The translations under genes and the position numbers were made by a program. Source: Gammaproteobacteria bacterium (GTDB lineage: Bacteria > Pseudomonadota > Gammaproteobacteria > SZUA-140). From it: 64,000 bases of DNA. A model generated the notes under the pieces. The model did not search any database. It saw only the letters and a list, made by a program, of their open reading frames with translations, and was not told the origin of the DNA. Location of the stretch: assembly GCA_020847075.1 (NCBI GenBank), contig JADLCS010000050.1, positions 2,026-66,025 on the forward strand, read 5' to 3'. Shown here piece after piece: positions 49,974-60,734 of the stretch (positions are counted from its first letter, which is position 1; every line of letters starts with the position of its first letter).

Positions 49974-50454
49974 CATGGACGGGATGGACGCATCGCCCCG
50001 GCAGCCTCGCCCCGCGCGCGGCTTCGCCCTGCTCGAGGTCCTCATCACGCTCGCGGTCAGCCTGCTGGCCCTGAGCGCCCTGATCCGGCTCCAGGGCGAA
50101 CTGATCCGCGGCGATGCCGCGGCCCGTGTGCAGACCCGGGCCGCCCTGCTGGCCGATCAGCGCCTGGAGACGCTGATCGGCGCGATCGCCGCCGACGGAC
50201 CCGGGGCGGTCGCCGGCGGCGAAGACACCTGGACCATGGAACTCGAACCCGCGGGCGAAGAGGCGGTCGCCATGTACACCCGCGCCTGGTCCGTCGATGA
50301 CGCGGGAACCTCGATGCGGATCGGCGTCCGCCTGACATGGAACGACCACGCCGGCGCCCGCCGGGACATCCTTCTGGAGACCCTCGTAGATCCGGTCGCG
50401 GATAATTACAGCGCGGCCGCGTGGACGGACGTCGATTTCATCCGACTGGAATAA
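49974..50454 (+). CDS. PilV-like minor pilin
   Basis: ARG|FALLEVLITLAVSLLALSALIRLQ is a prepilin-type N-terminus. 160 aa. Confidence 0.7.
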
Positions 50455-50473
50455 CAAACAAATCGAGAAAATA

Positions 50474-50817
50474 GGGGACAGACCACGGTTTCCGCCCAAA
50501 CAACGATCGACGTCATCCCCACTCAGACAGGGATCCAGCACGCAGCCCAACACGGATTTCCTCACCGTCGAACCCGTTGGGCTCCATTTCTTCAGCCCAA
50601 CCTACACCAACTGCGAGAACCTGGGGGACAGAGCACGGCTGCGGAGCATGATCGACGCCATCCCCACACGGATGGAACGCGATAGCCACGTCACGCCGAC
50701 ACAGGGAACCCCCCTGGATTCCCGCATCCACGGGAATGACGCTTGGGTATGCCGGCGTTCGCGGGCCGGACCGAGCGTAGTGAAATCCTGTTCGGGCGGA
50801 AACCGTGGTCTGTCCCC
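50474..50817. repeat. MITE-like unit bounded by perfect 24-bp terminal inverted repeats
   Basis: GGGGACAGACCACGGTTTCCGCCC (50474-50497) and its exact reverse complement (50794-50817). The interior holds a third degenerate copy (50622-50645) and REP palindromes of two other families (50575-50605, 50712-50742). Confidence 0.65.
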
Positions 50818-50820
50818 AAT

Positions 50821-51885
50821 TCACATCCGGCTGAGGATGGCCTGCTTCACCGCCTCCAGGCTGGCCTCCACGGTCAGTACGGCGCCCTGGTTCTGCTTGA
50901 TGGCGGTGTCGGGGTCCTTCAGGCCGTGGCCGGTCAGTGTGCACGCGATCCGGCTGCCCTCGGGGATGCGGCCGCGCTCGATGTCGCGCAGCGCGCCGGC
51001 GAGGGAGATCGCCGAGGCCGGTTCGCAGAACACACCCTCCTGGTCGGCGAGCAGTTTCTGTGCCGCGAGGATCTCCGCGTCGGTGAACTCGTCGAACCAG
51101 CCGCCCGATTCGCGGCTCGCCTGCCAGGCCAGGTCCCAGCTCTGCGGATGGCCGATGCGGATCGCGGTGGCGACGGTTTCCGGGTCGTCGACCATGTGGC
51201 CGCGCAGGAACGGGGCCGCGCCCGCCGCCTGATAGCCGGCCATGACCGGCCGCTTCGCGGCGATGCCGTCGGCGTGATATTCCTTGTAGCCCATCCAGTA
51301 GGCGCTGATATTGCCGGCGTTGCCGACCGGCAGACAATGATAGTCCGGCGCGTCGCCCAGCGCCTCGACGATCTCGAAGGCCGCCGTCTTCTGACCCTGC
51401 AGGCGGAACGGGTTGATGGAGTTGACGATCGCGATCGGCGCCTCGAGCCCGACCCGCTTGACCAGTTCCATGCCGGCGTCGAAGTTGCCCTTGATCTGGA
51501 TCACGCAGGCGCCGTGCATCATCGCCTGCGCCAGTTTGCCGAGCGCGATCTTGCCGTCCGGGATGAGCACGAAGGCGGTCACGCCGGCGCGCGCGGCATA
51601 GGCGGCCGCGGCGGCCGAAGTGTTGCCGGTGGAGGCGCAGATGATGGCGCGGCTGCCCTCCTCCACCGCCTTGGTCACCGCCATGGTCATGCCGCGGTCC
51701 TTGAACGAGCCGGTCGGGTTCAGGCCTTCGTACTTGACGTAGATCTCCACGTCCCGGCCGATCCGGCGCGGTATGTTCTCCAGGCGGATCAGCGGGGTGT
51801 TGCCCTCGCCCAGGCTGATGACGCGGGTGTCGGGGCCGACCGGCAGACGGTCGCGGTATTTGTCGATCAATCCGGTGTAGCGCAT
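50821..51885 (-). CDS. thrC: Threonine synthase
   Basis: [18 protein letters not shown] contains the PLP lysine motif. 354 aa from the ATG at 51885. Confidence 0.94.
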   Translation of the reverse strand: MRYTGLIDKYRDRLPVGPDTRVISLGEGNTPLIRLENIPRRIGRDVEIYVKYEGLNPTGSFKDRGMTMAVTKAVEEGSRAIICASTGNTSAAAAAYAARAGVTAFVLIPDGKIALGKLAQAMMHGACVIQIKGNFDAGMELVKRVGLEAPIAIVNSINPFRLQGQKTAAFEIVEALGDAPDYHCLPVGNAGNISAYWMGYKEYHADGIAAKRPVMAGYQAAGAAPFLRGHMVDDPETVATAIRIGHPQSWDLAWQASRESGGWFDEFTDAEILAAQKLLADQEGVFCEPASAISLAGALRDIERGRIPEGSRIACTLTGHGLKDPDTAIKQNQGAVLTVEASLEAVKQAILSRM

Positions 51886-51948
51886 GGGGTATCCTCGATA
51901 CGGCTCGTGCTCGGTGGTGCGGCGCGCACGCACGCGCGCCGCGGAAGA

Positions 51949-53271
51949 TCAGTTGGCGGCCAGGCTCTCCAGCCGGATACGCGTCACCTTGCCGGCGATG
52001 GCGTCCAGCGCCTCGATGCGGGCGATCGCCTCGTTCATGCGGCGTTCCGGCACGCGGTGGGTCAGCAGGATCACGCTCGCCTCCCGCGCGGAGGGATCGG
52101 GCTCCTTCTGCACCACGGCCTCGATGCTGATGCCGGAATCGGCCAGGATGCGCGTCACGTCGGCCAGCACGCCCGGGCGGTCGGCCGCGCGCATGCGCAG
52201 GTAATAGGCGGTCTCCACCTCGTCCATCGGCAGCATGGGAATGTCCGACAGGCGGTCCGGCTGGAAGGCCAGGTGCGGCACGCGGTTGCCCGGATCGGAG
52301 GTCAGCGTGCGCGTCACGTCGACCAGATCGGCCACCACCGCGGAGGCGGTCGGCTCGCGCCCGGCGCCGGCGCCGTAGTACAGCGTGGGGCCGACCGCGT
52401 CGCCCTTCACCACCACGGCGTTCATGACGCCGTCGACGTTGGCGATCAACCGGCGGTGCGGCACCAGGGTCGGATGCACGCGCAGCTCGATGCCCTGATC
52501 CGTGCGGCGCGTGATGCCGAGGTGCTTGATGCGGTAGCCGAGCTGCTCGGCGTAGCCGACGTCCTCCGGCGTGATGGCGCCGATGCCCTCAGTGTAGGCC
52601 CGGTCGAACTGCAGCGGGATGCCGAAGGCGATGGCGGCGAGGATGGTCAGCTTGTGCGCCGCGTCGATGCCCTCGACGTCGAAGGTCGGGTCGGCCTCGG
52701 CGTAGCCCAGCCGCTGCGCCTCGGCCAGCACGTCGGCGAAGGTGCGCCCCTTGTCGCGCATCTCGGTGAGGATGAAATTGGTGGTGCCGTTGATGATGCC
52801 GGCCACCCATTCGATGCGGTTGGCCGCCAGACCCTCGCGCAGCGCCTTGATGATGGGGATGCCGCCGGCGACGGCCGCCTCGAAGGCGACCATCACGCCC
52901 TGCTTCTGCGCCGCGGCGAAGATCTCGTTGCCGTGGCGCGCGATCAGCGCCTTGTTGGCGGTGACTACGTGCTTGCCGCTGGCGATGGCGCGCAGCACCA
53001 GTTCGCGCGCCGGCTCGTAGCCGCCGATCAGTTCCACCACGATCTGGACGTCGGGCCGCTCCACCAGTGCGAAGGCGTCGTTGCCGATCTCGATGCCGGC
53101 AGTGTCGACGCCGGGGAAGGTCGTTTCGCGCGCGGCGGCGTGCGTGATCACGATGCCGCGGCCGGCGCGGCGCGCGATCTCCGACTGGTTGCGCTTCAGC
53201 ACATTGACGACACCGCCGCCGACGGTGCCGAGGCCGAGCAGGCCCACGCGTACCGGTTCGAGCTGTTTCAT
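51949..53271 (-). CDS. hom: Homoserine dehydrogenase
   Basis: [13 protein letters not shown] (NAD fold), ...ANKALIA..., and a C-terminal ACT domain. 440 aa. Confidence 0.94.
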   Translation of the reverse strand: MKQLEPVRVGLLGLGTVGGGVVNVLKRNQSEIARRAGRGIVITHAAARETTFPGVDTAGIEIGNDAFALVERPDVQIVVELIGGYEPARELVLRAIASGKHVVTANKALIARHGNEIFAAAQKQGVMVAFEAAVAGGIPIIKALREGLAANRIEWVAGIINGTTNFILTEMRDKGRTFADVLAEAQRLGYAEADPTFDVEGIDAAHKLTILAAIAFGIPLQFDRAYTEGIGAITPEDVGYAEQLGYRIKHLGITRRTDQGIELRVHPTLVPHRRLIANVDGVMNAVVVKGDAVGPTLYYGAGAGREPTASAVVADLVDVTRTLTSDPGNRVPHLAFQPDRLSDIPMLPMDEVETAYYLRMRAADRPGVLADVTRILADSGISIEAVVQKEPDPSAREASVILLTHRVPERRMNEAIARIEALDAIAGKVTRIRLESLAAN

Positions 53272-54473
53272 GCCGAGGCCGCCTTGGGCTTGCCGGCGTC
53301 CTTGCGGAACATCTGGCGGATGCCACGGATCGCCTGGCGCGTGCGGTGCTCGTTCTCGATCAGGCCGAAGCGCACGTGATCGTCGCCGTAGGAACCGAAG
53401 CCGATGCCGGGGGACACCGCGACCTTGGCGTCCTCGATCAGCTTCTTGGCGAACTCGAGCGAGCCGAGGTGGCGGTACTGCTCCGGGATCTGCGCCCACA
53501 CGAACATGGTCGCCTTCGGCCGCTCGACCTCCCAGCCGATCGCGTTGAGCCCGTCGCACAGCACGTCGCGGCGCACGCGGTAGAGCTCGGAGATCTCGCG
53601 CACACAGTCCTGCGGGCCCTCCAGGGCGGCGATCGCCGCCACCTGGATCGGCGTGAACATGCCGTAATCCAGATAGGACTTGATGCGCGCCAGCGCCGAG
53701 ACCAGGACGCGGTTGCCGCACATGAAGCCGATGCGCCAGCCCGGCATGTTGTAGCTCTTCGACAGCGTGAAGAACTCCACCGCGACGTCCTTCGCCCCCT
53801 TTACCTGCAGGATCGAGGGCGCGACGTAGCCGTCGAAGGCGATGTCGGCGTAGGCGAGGTCGTGGATGACCCAGATCTCGTGCTCGCGCGCGATCTCCAC
53901 CACCTGCTCGAAGAACGACAGGTCGACGCACTGCGTGGTCGGATTGCCGGGGAAGTTCAGCACCAGCATCTTGGGCTTGGGCCAGGAGTCCTTGATCGCC
54001 TTGACCAGCTCGCCGAAGAAATCGACGCCGGGCACCAGCGGCACGTGGCGGATGTCGGCGCCGGCGATGACGAAGCCGTAGGGATGCACCGGATAGGCGG
54101 GGTTCGGCACCAGCACGGCGTCGCCGGGACCGACCGTCGCCAGCGCCAGGTGCACCAGGCCCTCCTTGGAGCCGATGGTCACGATGGCCTCGCTCTCCTG
54201 GTCGAGATCCACGTCGAAGCGCTGCTTGTACCAGCGGCAAATGGCGCGGCGCAGGCGCGGGATGCCGCGCGAGACTGAATAGCGATGGGTGTCCTCGCGC
54301 TGCGCGACCTCGATCAGCTTCTGCACGATGTGCGGCGGCGTCGGCTGGTCGGGGTTGCCCATACCGAAGTCGATGATGTCCTCTCCGCGGGCGCGGGCCT
54401 TGGCCTTCAGCTCGTTGACGATGTTGAAGACGTAGGGCGGGAGGCGGTTGATCCTGGCGAATTCTTCGAACAT
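53268..54473 (-). CDS. Class I/II aminotransferase (AlaC-like)
   Basis: [13 protein letters not shown]...NPAYP...[15 protein letters not shown] contains the PLP lysine context. Start at the ATG at 54473. Confidence 0.88.
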   Translation of the reverse strand: MFEEFARINRLPPYVFNIVNELKAKARARGEDIIDFGMGNPDQPTPPHIVQKLIEVAQREDTHRYSVSRGIPRLRRAICRWYKQRFDVDLDQESEAIVTIGSKEGLVHLALATVGPGDAVLVPNPAYPVHPYGFVIAGADIRHVPLVPGVDFFGELVKAIKDSWPKPKMLVLNFPGNPTTQCVDLSFFEQVVEIAREHEIWVIHDLAYADIAFDGYVAPSILQVKGAKDVAVEFFTLSKSYNMPGWRIGFMCGNRVLVSALARIKSYLDYGMFTPIQVAAIAALEGPQDCVREISELYRVRRDVLCDGLNAIGWEVERPKATMFVWAQIPEQYRHLGSLEFAKKLIEDAKVAVSPGIGFGSYGDDHVRFGLIENEHRTRQAIRGIRQMFRKDAGKPKAASA

Positions 54474-54620
54474 GTGGGCCCAAGCCGATGAATAAAGACG
54501 GCTATTATCGTTTCTTTTCCCTCCGGCAGGCAAGCCGAGCCTTTCACCCGCGACCCGGCTGCGCTAAGCTGTCGGGACCGCGCCGGTCGCCGGCGCCGGC
54601 CGGCGCGATGGAGCCCCCCG

Positions 54621-55049
54621 ATGCAGGTCAACCGCAATTTCGATCCCGAGAGCTACAGCATCCACTCCTACTCCGCCGGGGAGGTGACCGTCAGCCTTCC
54701 GTTCGACCCCTCCGTCCCCGTCGCGGCGGACGCGGACGGGGCGCCGCGGCGGGAGGTCCTGCGCCGGAGCCTGATCATCATGCCGGACCGCCTCATCGAC
54801 GACTGGCCGCCCCAGCGCTTCGAGGAACTCGAACGGGGGCACTTCGATCTGCTCGCCGGCTACGCGCCCGAGATCGTGCTGTTCGGCTCCGGCGCCCGCC
54901 TGCAGCGGCCGCACCCCGCGCTGCTGGCCACCCTCACCGACCATGGCATCGGCGTCGAGGTCATGGACACCGGTTCCGCCTGCCGGACCTACAATTTCCT
55001 GATGTCCGACCGCCGCCGCGTCGTGGCCGCCCTGCTGATGATCCTGTAA
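54621..55049 (+). CDS. Mth938/DUF498-like protein
   Basis: 142 aa. ...PEIVLFGSGARLQRP...LTDHGIGVEVMDTGSACRTYNFL is a typical DUF498 C-terminal half. Confidence 0.6.
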   Translation: MQVNRNFDPESYSIHSYSAGEVTVSLPFDPSVPVAADADGAPRREVLRRSLIIMPDRLIDDWPPQRFEELERGHFDLLAGYAPEIVLFGSGARLQRPHPALLATLTDHGIGVEVMDTGSACRTYNFLMSDRRRVVAALLMIL

Positions 55050-55142
55050 AGGGGTCAGACCCCTTTCCCGCTTTCCCGGACCCCTTTCCCGTACAGCGCC
55101 ATCCGACCGGCGTTGGGCTTCATTCCATTCAGCCCAACCTAC
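55048..55142. repeat. REP palindromes
   Basis: AAAGGGGTCAGACCCCTTTC (55048-55067) and CGTTGGGCTTCATTCCATTCAGCCCAACCTAC (55110-55142), the same family as 50575-50605. Confidence 0.65.
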
Positions 55143-55246
55143 CGCTGAATTTCCAGGATTCTCATCCCTCTTCACCATCAACGGATTCTGGGACAGATTC
55201 CCATCACCCAGTACCTATTACCCATTACGCCTTGGATCTTTACTCA

Positions 55247-55274
55247 GTCCTTAGTCCTTAGTCCTTAGTCCTTT
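55247..55274. repeat. Heptanucleotide tandem repeat (GTCCTTA)x4
   Basis: GTCCTTA GTCCTTA GTCCTTA GTCCTTT, ending 4 bp from the nlpD stop codon. Confidence 0.8.
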
Positions 55275-55277
55275 AAT

Positions 55278-56072
55278 CTACAGACCCGGCAGGTATTTCA
55301 GGGGATCGACCGGTTCGCCGTCGCGGCGGATCTCGAAGTGCAGTTTCACCGCGTCGGTGCCGGTGCCGCTGTCGCCCATCTCGGCGATCCGCTCGCCGGC
55401 CGCCACCGTGTCCCCCTCGCCCACCAGCAGGCGCTCATTGTGGGCATAGGCGCTGAGATAATGCTCGTCGTGCTTGATGATCAGCAGATTGCCGTAGTGC
55501 GGGATGCCGTTGCCGCTGTACACCACGCTCCCGGCCGCGGCGGCGCGCACCGCCTCGCCGCGCTCGCCCCGGATGTCGATGCCCTTGTCGGCCGTCCCGG
55601 AGGTCACCGCGGTACGGGCGGGGACGCGCGCCGTCGGCCATTGCCAGCCGGGCGCCGCCGCGGGCGCGACGGCGACGGGGGCCGGCGGGTCCTGGGGCGT
55701 CACGACACCGGGGGTGGCCGGCGGTGGGGTCTCGTTCAGCCCGAACACCTCGACCGTCGCGGAGGATGGTGGCGGCGCGGCCGCCGCGGCCCGTGGCGTG
55801 GCGGCGGCCGGCGGCGGGACGGCCGCGACCACCGGCGGGCGCGGTGCGAAGGCGTCCCGGCGTGGCGGGATGATGCGCAGATACTGTCCCGGGACGACCT
55901 GGTAGGGTTCCGCCAGCCTGTTCCACTCCGCCATCTGGTGGTAATCCTTGCCATAGCGGAAGCTGATCGAATACAGGGTCTCGCCAGGCTTCACCGTGTG
56001 ATAGACGGGTGCGCCGCAGGCGGCGGTCAGCAGCAATGTCAGGGCAAGCGCGCCCGCGCGTATCGCGGTCAT
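55278..56072 (-). CDS. nlpD: LysM/M23 murein hydrolase activator lipoprotein NlpD
   Basis: Lipobox LLLTAAC|G. LysM ([18 protein letters not shown]). A Pro/Ala-rich linker. M23 domain ([24 protein letters not shown]...LHFEIR). Confidence 0.9.
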   Translation of the reverse strand: MTAIRAGALALTLLLTAACGAPVYHTVKPGETLYSISFRYGKDYHQMAEWNRLAEPYQVVPGQYLRIIPPRRDAFAPRPPVVAAVPPPAAATPRAAAAAPPPSSATVEVFGLNETPPPATPGVVTPQDPPAPVAVAPAAAPGWQWPTARVPARTAVTSGTADKGIDIRGERGEAVRAAAAGSVVYSGNGIPHYGNLLIIKHDEHYLSAYAHNERLLVGEGDTVAAGERIAEMGDSGTGTDAVKLHFEIRRDGEPVDPLKYLPGL

Positions 56073-56725
56073 TTGTTCCCCGTCAGCATCGGCACGAAGG
56101 TGGCCTCGTGCAGGCGTTCGTCCTGGTAGCCGGTCTCGGTCCGCAGGATCCGCCGCAGTTCCTGCTGCGCACCGCTGCCGACCGGGATGATCAGGCGCCC
56201 CCCCACCGCGAGCTGCGCGAGCAGGGGCTCCGGGATGGCGGCCGGCGCGGCGGTGGCGATGATCCCGTCGTACGGGGCGTACTCGGGCCAGCCCTGCTTG
56301 CCGTCGCTGTGATTGAGACGGACGTTGCGCAGGCGCAGGTTGTAGAAGCGCTGCTGTGCCTTGCGCTGCAGCGCCTGGATGCGCTCCACCGTATAGACCT
56401 CGGGCACCAGGCGCGCCAGGATCGCCGCCTGGTAGCCCGAGCCGGTGCCGATCTCGAGCACCTTGCGCAGGGGGCCGCCCTGCAGCAGCGCCTCGGTCAT
56501 GCGCGCCACGGTGACCGGCATCGAGATGGTCTGCCCGAAGCCGATCGGCAGCGCGGTGTCCTCGTAGGCCCGGGTCGCGAGCGCCTCGTCGACGAAGATG
56601 TGGCGCGGCGTATCCCAGATCGCCTCCAGCACCGCCTCGCTGGTGATGCCCTGCCCGCGCAGGCGCTCGATCAGGCGGCTGCGGGTGCGCCGCGAGGTCA
56701 TCCCGATGCCTTCGTGCTGGATCAT
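56069..56725 (-). CDS. pcm: Protein-L-isoaspartate O-methyltransferase
   Basis: ...[16 protein letters not shown]...[16 protein letters not shown] is a SAM motif. The surE-pcm-nlpD order is conserved. Confidence 0.92.
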   Translation of the reverse strand: MIQHEGIGMTSRRTRSRLIERLRGQGITSEAVLEAIWDTPRHIFVDEALATRAYEDTALPIGFGQTISMPVTVARMTEALLQGGPLRKVLEIGTGSGYQAAILARLVPEVYTVERIQALQRKAQQRFYNLRLRNVRLNHSDGKQGWPEYAPYDGIIATAAPAAIPEPLLAQLAVGGRLIIPVGSGAQQELRRILRTETGYQDERLHEATFVPMLTGNK

Positions 56726-57474
56726 GCCCCGATATCCTTCATCCAGCCCTGCAGCCGTTCGATCGCCGAGTGGCGCGTCAGGTCCACCTGCAGTGGCGTC
56801 ACCGAGACGTAGCCGTTGCGCACCGCGAAGAAGTCGGTCCCCGGCCCGGCGTCCTGTTCGGGGCCCGATTCGCCGATCCAGTAGATGGGCCGGCCGCGCG
56901 GGTCGGCGGCCATGATCACCGGCTCCGATTTGTGGCGATGACCGAGGCGGGTCACCATGAAGCCCGCCAGGTATTCCCACGGCAGGTCCGGCACGTTCAC
57001 GTTCAGGATCACGTCCGGCGGCAGCGGGTCGCTCTGCAGGCGGGTGACGATGCGCCGCGCGGCCTCCGCCGCCGTGGCGTAGTGCTCGAGGCTCCGACCC
57101 ACCAGGGAGACCGCCACCGCGGGCAGGCCGAGGAAACGTCCCTCCATCGCCGCCGCCACCGTACCCGAATAGATCACGTCGTCGCCCAGGTTCGCCCCGG
57201 CGTTGATGCCGGAGATGACCATGTCCGGCTCCTGCTCGAGCAGGCCGGTGATGGCGAGATGGACGCAGTCGGTCGGCGTGCCGTTGACCCGGATGAAGCC
57301 GTTGTCCAGCACCTGGGCGCGGATCGGATTCTCCAGCGTGAGCGAGTTGCTGGCCCCGCTGCGGTCGCGATCGGGCACCACCACGGTGAGTTCCGCTAGC
57401 TCGCGCAGGCCCTCCACTAGGCGCGCCAGACCGGGGGCGCGGTAACCGTCGTCGTTGCTGATCAGGATCTTCAT
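56722..57474 (-). CDS. surE: 5'/3'-nucleotidase SurE
   Basis: [16 protein letters not shown]...[10 protein letters not shown]...GTPTDCV... Start trimmed to the ATG at 57474. Confidence 0.93.
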   Translation of the reverse strand: MKILISNDDGYRAPGLARLVEGLRELAELTVVVPDRDRSGASNSLTLENPIRAQVLDNGFIRVNGTPTDCVHLAITGLLEQEPDMVISGINAGANLGDDVIYSGTVAAAMEGRFLGLPAVAVSLVGRSLEHYATAAEAARRIVTRLQSDPLPPDVILNVNVPDLPWEYLAGFMVTRLGHRHKSEPVIMAADPRGRPIYWIGESGPEQDAGPGTDFFAVRNGYVSVTPLQVDLTRHSAIERLQGWMKDIGA

Positions 57475-57605
57475 GACAGGGGGGTGGCGACGCGCCCTTC
57501 CCCCGGAAAGGTGAGGCGGTGGACGTAAACCATCTTCATGGCGGGCATTTTGCCCTGAACGGGCGGGGCCGCACAAGCGGAACCCGGGGAAAACGCGACG
57601 ATCGA

Positions 57606-57688
57606 CCGTAGGGCGGGCACAGTTTTCGTGCCCACGCGGAAACGGCCGGATGTTACGCGTGGGCAGGCACGACGTGCCCACCCTACGG
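57606..57688. repeat. Inverted pair of GTAGGGTGGGCAC-type REPs
   Basis: CCGTAGGGCGGGCACAGTTTTCGTGCCCACGCGG (57606-57639) and CGCGTGGGCAGGCACGACGTGCCCACCCTACGG (57656-57688). Confidence 0.7.
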
Positions 57689-57700
57689 CTTCCGGAAGCC

Positions 57701-59137
57701 CTAGTTCATCACGGCGGCGCACAGCCCCATCAGCGCCCCGGGATAGATACCCAGACCCAGGATGAGCAGGCCGTTCACGCTCATGACCGCGCGCATGTCG
57801 AAATTGACCGCCAGCGGCGCGGAGTCCTCCGGCCGGTCGAAGTACATGAACTTGACCAGGCGCAGGTAATAGAACGCGCCGACGACGGAGAACAGCACCG
57901 CGAACACCGCCAGCCAGACCAGGCCGACGTCGATGACGGCGCGCAGCACGGACAGCTTGGCGTAGAAGCCCACGGTGGGCGGAATCCCCGCCATCGAAAA
58001 CATGACGATGAGCATCATGAAGGCGAACCAGGGGTTGCGCTCGTTGAGCCCCTTGAAATCCTCCAGCTCGTCGGCCTCGAAGCCGGCCCGGCTGAGCAGG
58101 ATCACCATGCCGAAGGCGCCCAGGGTCATCAGCGAATAGACCAGGATGTAGAACATCGCCGCCGAGTTGCCGACGCGCGTCCCGGCCAGGATGCCGAGCA
58201 GCAGGAAGCCCACGTGGGAGATGGTCGAATAGGCGAGCATGCGCTTGACGTTGCGCTGCGCGATGGCGATCACGTTGCCGATGCCGATCGACAGCACCGC
58301 CAGCACCATCAGCATGGTCCGCCACTCGACGTGCAGGCCGCCCAGGCCGTCGGCCAGCAAGCGGATGACCATGGCGAAGGCCGCGATCTTAGGCGCGGTG
58401 CCGATGAACAGCGTCACCGCCGTGGGCGCGCCGTGATAGACGTCGGGGATCCACATATGGAACGGGACCGCCCCCAGCTTGAAGGCGAGGCCGACCACCA
58501 CGAAGGTCATGCCGAACAGCAGCACCTTGTCATCGGACGGGGCGCGGCGGACATAGTCGCCGATCTCGGCGAGGCCGAGACTGCCGGTGGCGCCGTACAG
58601 CATCGACATGCCGTAGAGCAGCATGCCGGAGGCGAGCGCGCCCAGCACGAAGTACTTCATCGCCGCCTCGGAGGCGGCGATCGAATCGCGGTTCATCGCC
58701 GTCATCGCATACAGCGACAGCGACATCAGTTCGAGCCCGAGATAGAGCGTGAGCAGATTGTAGGCCGAGGTCATGATCATCATGCCGAGCAGCGCGAACA
58801 GCCCGAGCACGAAGAATTCCCCCTTGAAGATGCCGCGCACGCTGAGGTATTCGCGCGAATAGAGGAACACCACCGCCGTGATCAGGTAGAGGAACACCTT
58901 CAGCACGTCGCTCATGTTGTCGCTGATGAACATGCCCGAGAAGGTGACCGCGGGGGCCGGGGAATGCAGCGCGACGGTGAGCACGGCGGTGCCGAGCAGG
59001 CTCGCCTGCGCCAGCAGATAGGTGATGATGCGGTTCTGGTCGTCGACGAAGAGATCGGCGACGACCACGACGCAGATCATCCCGAGCAGGAAGATCTCGG
59101 GCAGCGCCGGGGCGAGATTGGGGCTTATGAAATCCAT
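57701..59137 (-). CDS. nuoN: NADH-quinone oxidoreductase subunit N
   Basis: 478-aa polytopic membrane protein with antiporter-like sequence. Last gene of the nuo order. Confidence 0.92.
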   Translation of the reverse strand: MDFISPNLAPALPEIFLLGMICVVVVADLFVDDQNRIITYLLAQASLLGTAVLTVALHSPAPAVTFSGMFISDNMSDVLKVFLYLITAVVFLYSREYLSVRGIFKGEFFVLGLFALLGMMIMTSAYNLLTLYLGLELMSLSLYAMTAMNRDSIAASEAAMKYFVLGALASGMLLYGMSMLYGATGSLGLAEIGDYVRRAPSDDKVLLFGMTFVVVGLAFKLGAVPFHMWIPDVYHGAPTAVTLFIGTAPKIAAFAMVIRLLADGLGGLHVEWRTMLMVLAVLSIGIGNVIAIAQRNVKRMLAYSTISHVGFLLLGILAGTRVGNSAAMFYILVYSLMTLGAFGMVILLSRAGFEADELEDFKGLNERNPWFAFMMLIVMFSMAGIPPTVGFYAKLSVLRAVIDVGLVWLAVFAVLFSVVGAFYYLRLVKFMYFDRPEDSAPLAVNFDMRAVMSVNGLLILGLGIYPGALMGLCAAVMN

Positions 59138-59180
59138 GGGCGTTCCGGGTCGGCCTTCGCTGTCGTGGTTGAAATATCCA

Positions 59181-60701
59181 TCACAGTTTCGATTCGGAGA
59201 TATGTTCCAGCAGGTGGCCGACCGAGGCGTGCATGACGTCCACCAGCGGCGCCGGCCAGACGCCGAGCAGCAGCACCAGCGCGGCGAGGGTGCCGAGCAG
59301 CAGCGCCTCGCGCGGATTCAGATCCTTCATCCCCGCCACGTTCTCATTGGCGACCTTGCCGAAGATCACCCGCTTGACCATCCACAGGGTGTAGGACGCG
59401 CCCAGGATCAGGGTCAGCGCCGCCAGCAGCGCGTACCAGAAATTCGCCTTGAACACGCCCAGGATCACCATGAATTCGCCGACGAAACCCGAGGTGCCGG
59501 GCAGGCCCGTGTTGGCGAGGGCGAACAGGACCATGAGCGCCGCGAATACCGGCATGGTGTTGACCACGCCGCCGTAATCGCCGATCAGGCGGCTGTGCAC
59601 GCGGTCGTACATGACGCCGACGCAGAGGAACAGCGCGCCGGAGACGAAGCCGTGCGAGATCATCTGCACCAGGGCGCCCTCCACGCCCAGCGCGGCGCCG
59701 CGCGTACCGGCGTCGGTCCCGAGGATGGAGAACGCGGCGAAGAAACCGAGGGTCACGAAGCCCATGTGCGAGATCGAGGAATAGGCGATCAGCTTCTTCA
59801 TGTCTTCCTGCACCAGGGCGACCAGCGCGATGTACACCACCGCGATCAGCGACAGCGCGATCATGAGCCCGTCGAGCTGGGCGCTGGCGTCGGGCGCGAT
59901 CGGCATGGAAAAGCGGATGAAGCCGTAGGCGCCCATTTTGAGCATGATGGCGGCGAGGATCACCGAGCCCCCGGTCGGCGCCTCGACGTGGGCGTCCGGC
60001 AACCAGGTGTGCACCGGCCACATCGGCACCTTGACGGCGAAGGCGATCAGAAAGGCGATGAAGATCAGCGTCTGCGCGTTCATGCCGATGCGCAGGACGT
60101 GGAAGTCGAGGATGGAGAAGCTGCCGGTCTGAAAATAGAGGTAGATCAGCGCGACCAACAGCAGCACGGAGCCGAGGAAGGTGTAGAGAAAGAACTTGAG
60201 CGCCGCGTACACGCGGCGCGGGCCGCCCCAGACGCCGATGATCAGGAACATCGGGATCAGCATGCCCTCCCAGAACACGTAGAACAGGATGGCGTCGAGC
60301 GCGGCGAATACCCCCGCCATCATGCCGCCCATGATGAGGAAGGCGGCGAAATACTGGGCGCGCTTGTATTCGATCACCTCCCAGCCGGCGACCACCACCA
60401 CCACGGTGAAGAAGGTGGTGAGCAGGATCAGCGGCATCGAGATGCCGTCCACGCCCAGGTGGTAATAGATGTCGAACACCGGAATCCAGGCCGCGCGTTC
60501 CTCGAACTGCATGTGGTAGGTGCCGCGGTCGAAGCCGGTGAACAGCGGGATGGACAGCAGGAAGGTCGCCAGCGCGATCAGCAGCGCGACCCAGCGCACG
60601 GCGTTGTCGCTGTTGCGGCCGGCGCCGAGCGCGAGCACCAGGGCGCCGCCGACGATCGGCAGCCAGATTACCAGACTCAGCAGAGGAAGTTCCGTCGGCA
60701 T
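59181..60701 (-). CDS. nuoM: NADH-quinone oxidoreductase subunit M
   Basis: 506 aa. ...[25 protein letters not shown]... is the NuoM signature. Confidence 0.93.
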   Translation of the reverse strand: MPTELPLLSLVIWLPIVGGALVLALGAGRNSDNAVRWVALLIALATFLLSIPLFTGFDRGTYHMQFEERAAWIPVFDIYYHLGVDGISMPLILLTTFFTVVVVVAGWEVIEYKRAQYFAAFLIMGGMMAGVFAALDAILFYVFWEGMLIPMFLIIGVWGGPRRVYAALKFFLYTFLGSVLLLVALIYLYFQTGSFSILDFHVLRIGMNAQTLIFIAFLIAFAVKVPMWPVHTWLPDAHVEAPTGGSVILAAIMLKMGAYGFIRFSMPIAPDASAQLDGLMIALSLIAVVYIALVALVQEDMKKLIAYSSISHMGFVTLGFFAAFSILGTDAGTRGAALGVEGALVQMISHGFVSGALFLCVGVMYDRVHSRLIGDYGGVVNTMPVFAALMVLFALANTGLPGTSGFVGEFMVILGVFKANFWYALLAALTLILGASYTLWMVKRVIFGKVANENVAGMKDLNPREALLLGTLAALVLLLGVWPAPLVDVMHASVGHLLEHISESKL

Positions 60702-60734
60702 GCCGCTATCCCTGGGTCAATCTCTCGTTTTCCA

